A stretch of 58,696 bases of DNA, counting the filler, from Platydemus manokwari (Eukaryota): the NCBI GenBank assembly GCA_037951405.1. It is 4 parts of 4 records of this genome, joined end to end, with 100 filler letters (N's around TTAATTAATTAA, not from the genome) between each part and the next. Parts side by side here need not be neighbours in the genome. Positions count along the whole stretch, not along the records: positions 44,890 to 58,696 come from JBBMOY011616962.1; 3 more parts are not named here. One strand, written 5' to 3'. This document shows, piece after piece, positions 52,101 to 58,696 of this stretch. Numbering within the stretch: the first letter of the stretch is position 1; each line of letters begins with the position of its first letter. The notes beneath the pieces were generated by a model. That model saw only the letters and a program-made list of their open reading frames with translations. It made no database searches and had not been told where the DNA came from. The position numbers were made by a program, and so were the translations under genes.

Positions 52101-52869
52101 TGTTAAAATATATTTGCTCTTATCCGATAGGATATTTTATAATTATTAGCAGAATATAATGGACTTATTTTTAAAATATTACATAATTAATTGTTGAGGC
52201 GGTGAACCAAAGGTAACAATAATTATTATTATTATAAATATAATATTAATAATTAATAAATAGTGATAATCAATGATATTAATATCATTAAAATAAAAAT
52301 TATTATTATTATAAATTAATAATAAAATTGAATATGTGGGGGGGGGTGCACTTTACAGTCTCTGTTTCGCATGAACTTGTAATGAAGATATATATTAAGT
52401 TCATTGATAAGCATATTGAGGTTCCCTTAACTGTTATCATATCAATTATTCTCTTGTATTGAAAGCATTTGAAGTCTATCCACAAATCTGATATCGATCA
52501 TCCAATAGAAACATTAAACATCACTTTCATATTTCTATAAATGAATGTTTGGTTATTCAGCTTTGTTTGGTAAGGGATTAATGGAGAAATGTATTGCCGG
52601 AAATATGCAAATTTATTGATTCCATATCCATATAGAAGTAATAATGGAGAAATGAAATATTATTGGATGGAAATATCATCTGATTGTTCATAAAATATAT
52701 TCAAGCGCAAAGCTATAAAACTAAAGATGATTTATTCGTGATTTGCCAATATTTCGGCACAAACAAATATCAATTATTTATGAATAATTATTATCTATAA
52801 AATTATTATTATTACATATTATTATATATTACTATTATATATTATTATGATTATATATTATTAAGTATT

Positions 52870-53397
52870 ATGAAAGCTATTGCAAATCAATTCTATTCGA
52901 AAGTGGGAGACATTTCATATTTGATATTAGCCATTATAATTGGTACATGTGGTAATGTACTGATCATTATTTCCGTCATCAAATTTCCAAAATTGAAAAA
53001 GGTTAGCCCAGATGAAAATCAATCAATTCTATTAAATAATGATTTCATAGATTTCCAATGCTTTTATCGTTTCCATAGCTTGTTCCGATTTGCTTGTGTG
53101 TACATACGTCATTCCAATAGTTTTGAGTCAACGAATTTCTGAACATAAAATGATGGGCAATATCGGATGCGTGATTAATGGGTTTCTGTTTTCAATGACG
53201 ATGGGTATTTCCAATTTCTGTTTTATGCTGATTTCTATCAATCGATATCTATATGTGATTCACAACCGAATTTTCAAGAAGATTTTTCATTTGAGAGGAG
53301 TTATTATTTGCTTGTTATCGGTTTCGATTGCGTGGTTCATATATAGTTTGATAATACTTTTTATATTCCATGTAAATCGTAATTTTATCATTTTACT

Positions 53398-53459
<62 letters not shown>

Positions 53460-54038
53460 CAGGATAATAATAACAATGTCAATAATAATAATGATAATAA
53501 TAAAGACGAAAATAATATTTATATAAATAACATATCTTTTTAGGGTTTCATCTACGAAGAATCGGCTTATATCTGCATGTTTTCAAATGAAATCGTCAAT
53601 ATTTTGATAAGCACAATTTTGACAATCATTAGTATTGGAATACCTGCATCAATTGCATTGCTTTGTTACATAACTCTTTCCATTACTATTATTGTCAAAG
53701 CAAAGAAGGCAATAAATCTCAATCCACTAAATGGCAAACATGAAAGTCTAAAATTTCATTGTTTTAAAAGAGAAGCTATGGCAATTTTCTCATTGTTTAT
53801 TTCTTTCATATTCTTCTTCGTATGTTGGGGACCTTATACAGTGCATGTTTATGTTGAACATGCTGGCTTGATGATGAATGTTTCGGAAAAAGAATTGTAT
53901 TGGTTGTGTTTTTCTGCGTCAGTATTTAATCCAATCATTTATGGAGTGTTTAACACCAATTTTCGACAAGCTTTTCTCCATCTGTTACATATCAGACTCA
54001 CAGGAAGAGAGAATACTGTCCATGTATTATTGAATTGA
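52870..54038 (+). CDS. Class A GPCR, melatonin-receptor-like, 3 exons, 315 aa
   Basis: Exons 52870-53001, 53051-53371, 53544-54038 (948 nt, phase-0 GT-AG introns). Motifs GN (TM1), SIACSDLL (TM2), C at the start of TM3, SINRYLYVIH, YEESAYICMF (ECL2), FFVCWGP (TM6), NPIIYGVFNTNFR (TM7/H8). Confidence 0.88.
53399..53457. repeat. (AAT)n microsatellite in GPCR intron 2
   Basis: About 19 perfect TAA units. Confidence 0.9.
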
Positions 54039-54382
54039 TTCTATTAGATCACTCACATTTCATACATTTTAGATAAATGGCACTTGAATTTTTATTTATT
54101 TTCACAATGGATTTTGTTTTAATGATAAAATCATTTCGCATCTCAATAAAATATTATCTAGTTGATTTAATATTTCTATTATTATAATTATTGTAAATAT
54201 TATTATTAATAATAATTATTATTATTAGTTATCGATTGAAATAGAATACCGAAAACATCATTTATTAAACTAATAATGTCACAATTATAAATGCTATAGC
54301 GGTAATCACATTACCTAACAGAAACCAACTAATATAAAGATATAGAATCATATGAAATGCAATAAAATTCAAATCATCACGT

Positions 54383-58172
<3,790 letters not shown>

Positions 58173-58696
58173 CTAATAAGGATAGACGTTGTCATGATGT
58201 CAATGTGTAAGTGAAATTATTATTATTATTATTTTTATAATTTGCGCATTTATATTGAAACATCAATTTAAAAGGTTGGCTTATTCATAATAAATCTAAA
58301 TAAACTCAATAACAGATTTATCCAGTAACTGTGTTGATGAATATTTTTATATCAATGGAATCACAAAAACAAGTGAAAAATTATAAATTAAAAGACAAAA
58401 GCGAGAGACATTAATATCGCATCAATGTTATTGAAAGCTGACAGTAAGAACGCAGATATCAATAAATATAATCAATGATATACTATCGGTACAAGACCTG
58501 TTGATTGTTCAATAAAATATAGAAAATAGACATAATTCATGTCGGATGGTCTGTTTGAATAATTAAGAGAATTGTGAAAATTATTCGCGGACATGATGTT
58601 CACAAGTTTAAATATTTTAGAATTTTTAGAATAATAACTTCGCATTATAATAATAAGTGGATAATAATAATAATAATAGTAATAATAATAATAATG

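Overview
This window is not one continuous genome. It consists of four contigs joined by identical artificial 100-nt linkers (N44-TTAATTAATTAA-N44 at 11971-12070, 26664-26763 and 44790-44889). Three contigs are very AT-rich eukaryotic DNA, probably metazoan, with many 45-52 nt GT-AG introns. They carry a complete 8-exon cytosolic aspartate aminotransferase (GOT1), a 3-exon melatonin-receptor-like GPCR, the 3' six exons of an L-lactate dehydrogenase, and transposon debris (hAT transposase pseudogene, two hAT-type MITEs, a mariner fragment, an R2/NeSL-type non-LTR retroelement relic). The second contig (12071-26663) is entirely different: higher GC, intron-less, densely coding, with Shine-Dalgarno sites and an intrinsic terminator. 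It encodes very large beta-rich repeat proteins that look like jumbo-phage virion or fibre proteins. The most striking observation is in this contig. The 196-aa gene and the 3085-aa ORF are one reading frame (24076 to 13955, about 3373 codons) interrupted by a single UAG. That UAG lies inside a predicted hairpin where its A faces a C and where UGG would pair perfectly. This is a candidate programmed amber readthrough or recoding switch giving a short anchor protein and a giant fibre protein; a nonsense mutation or consensus error is the alternative.
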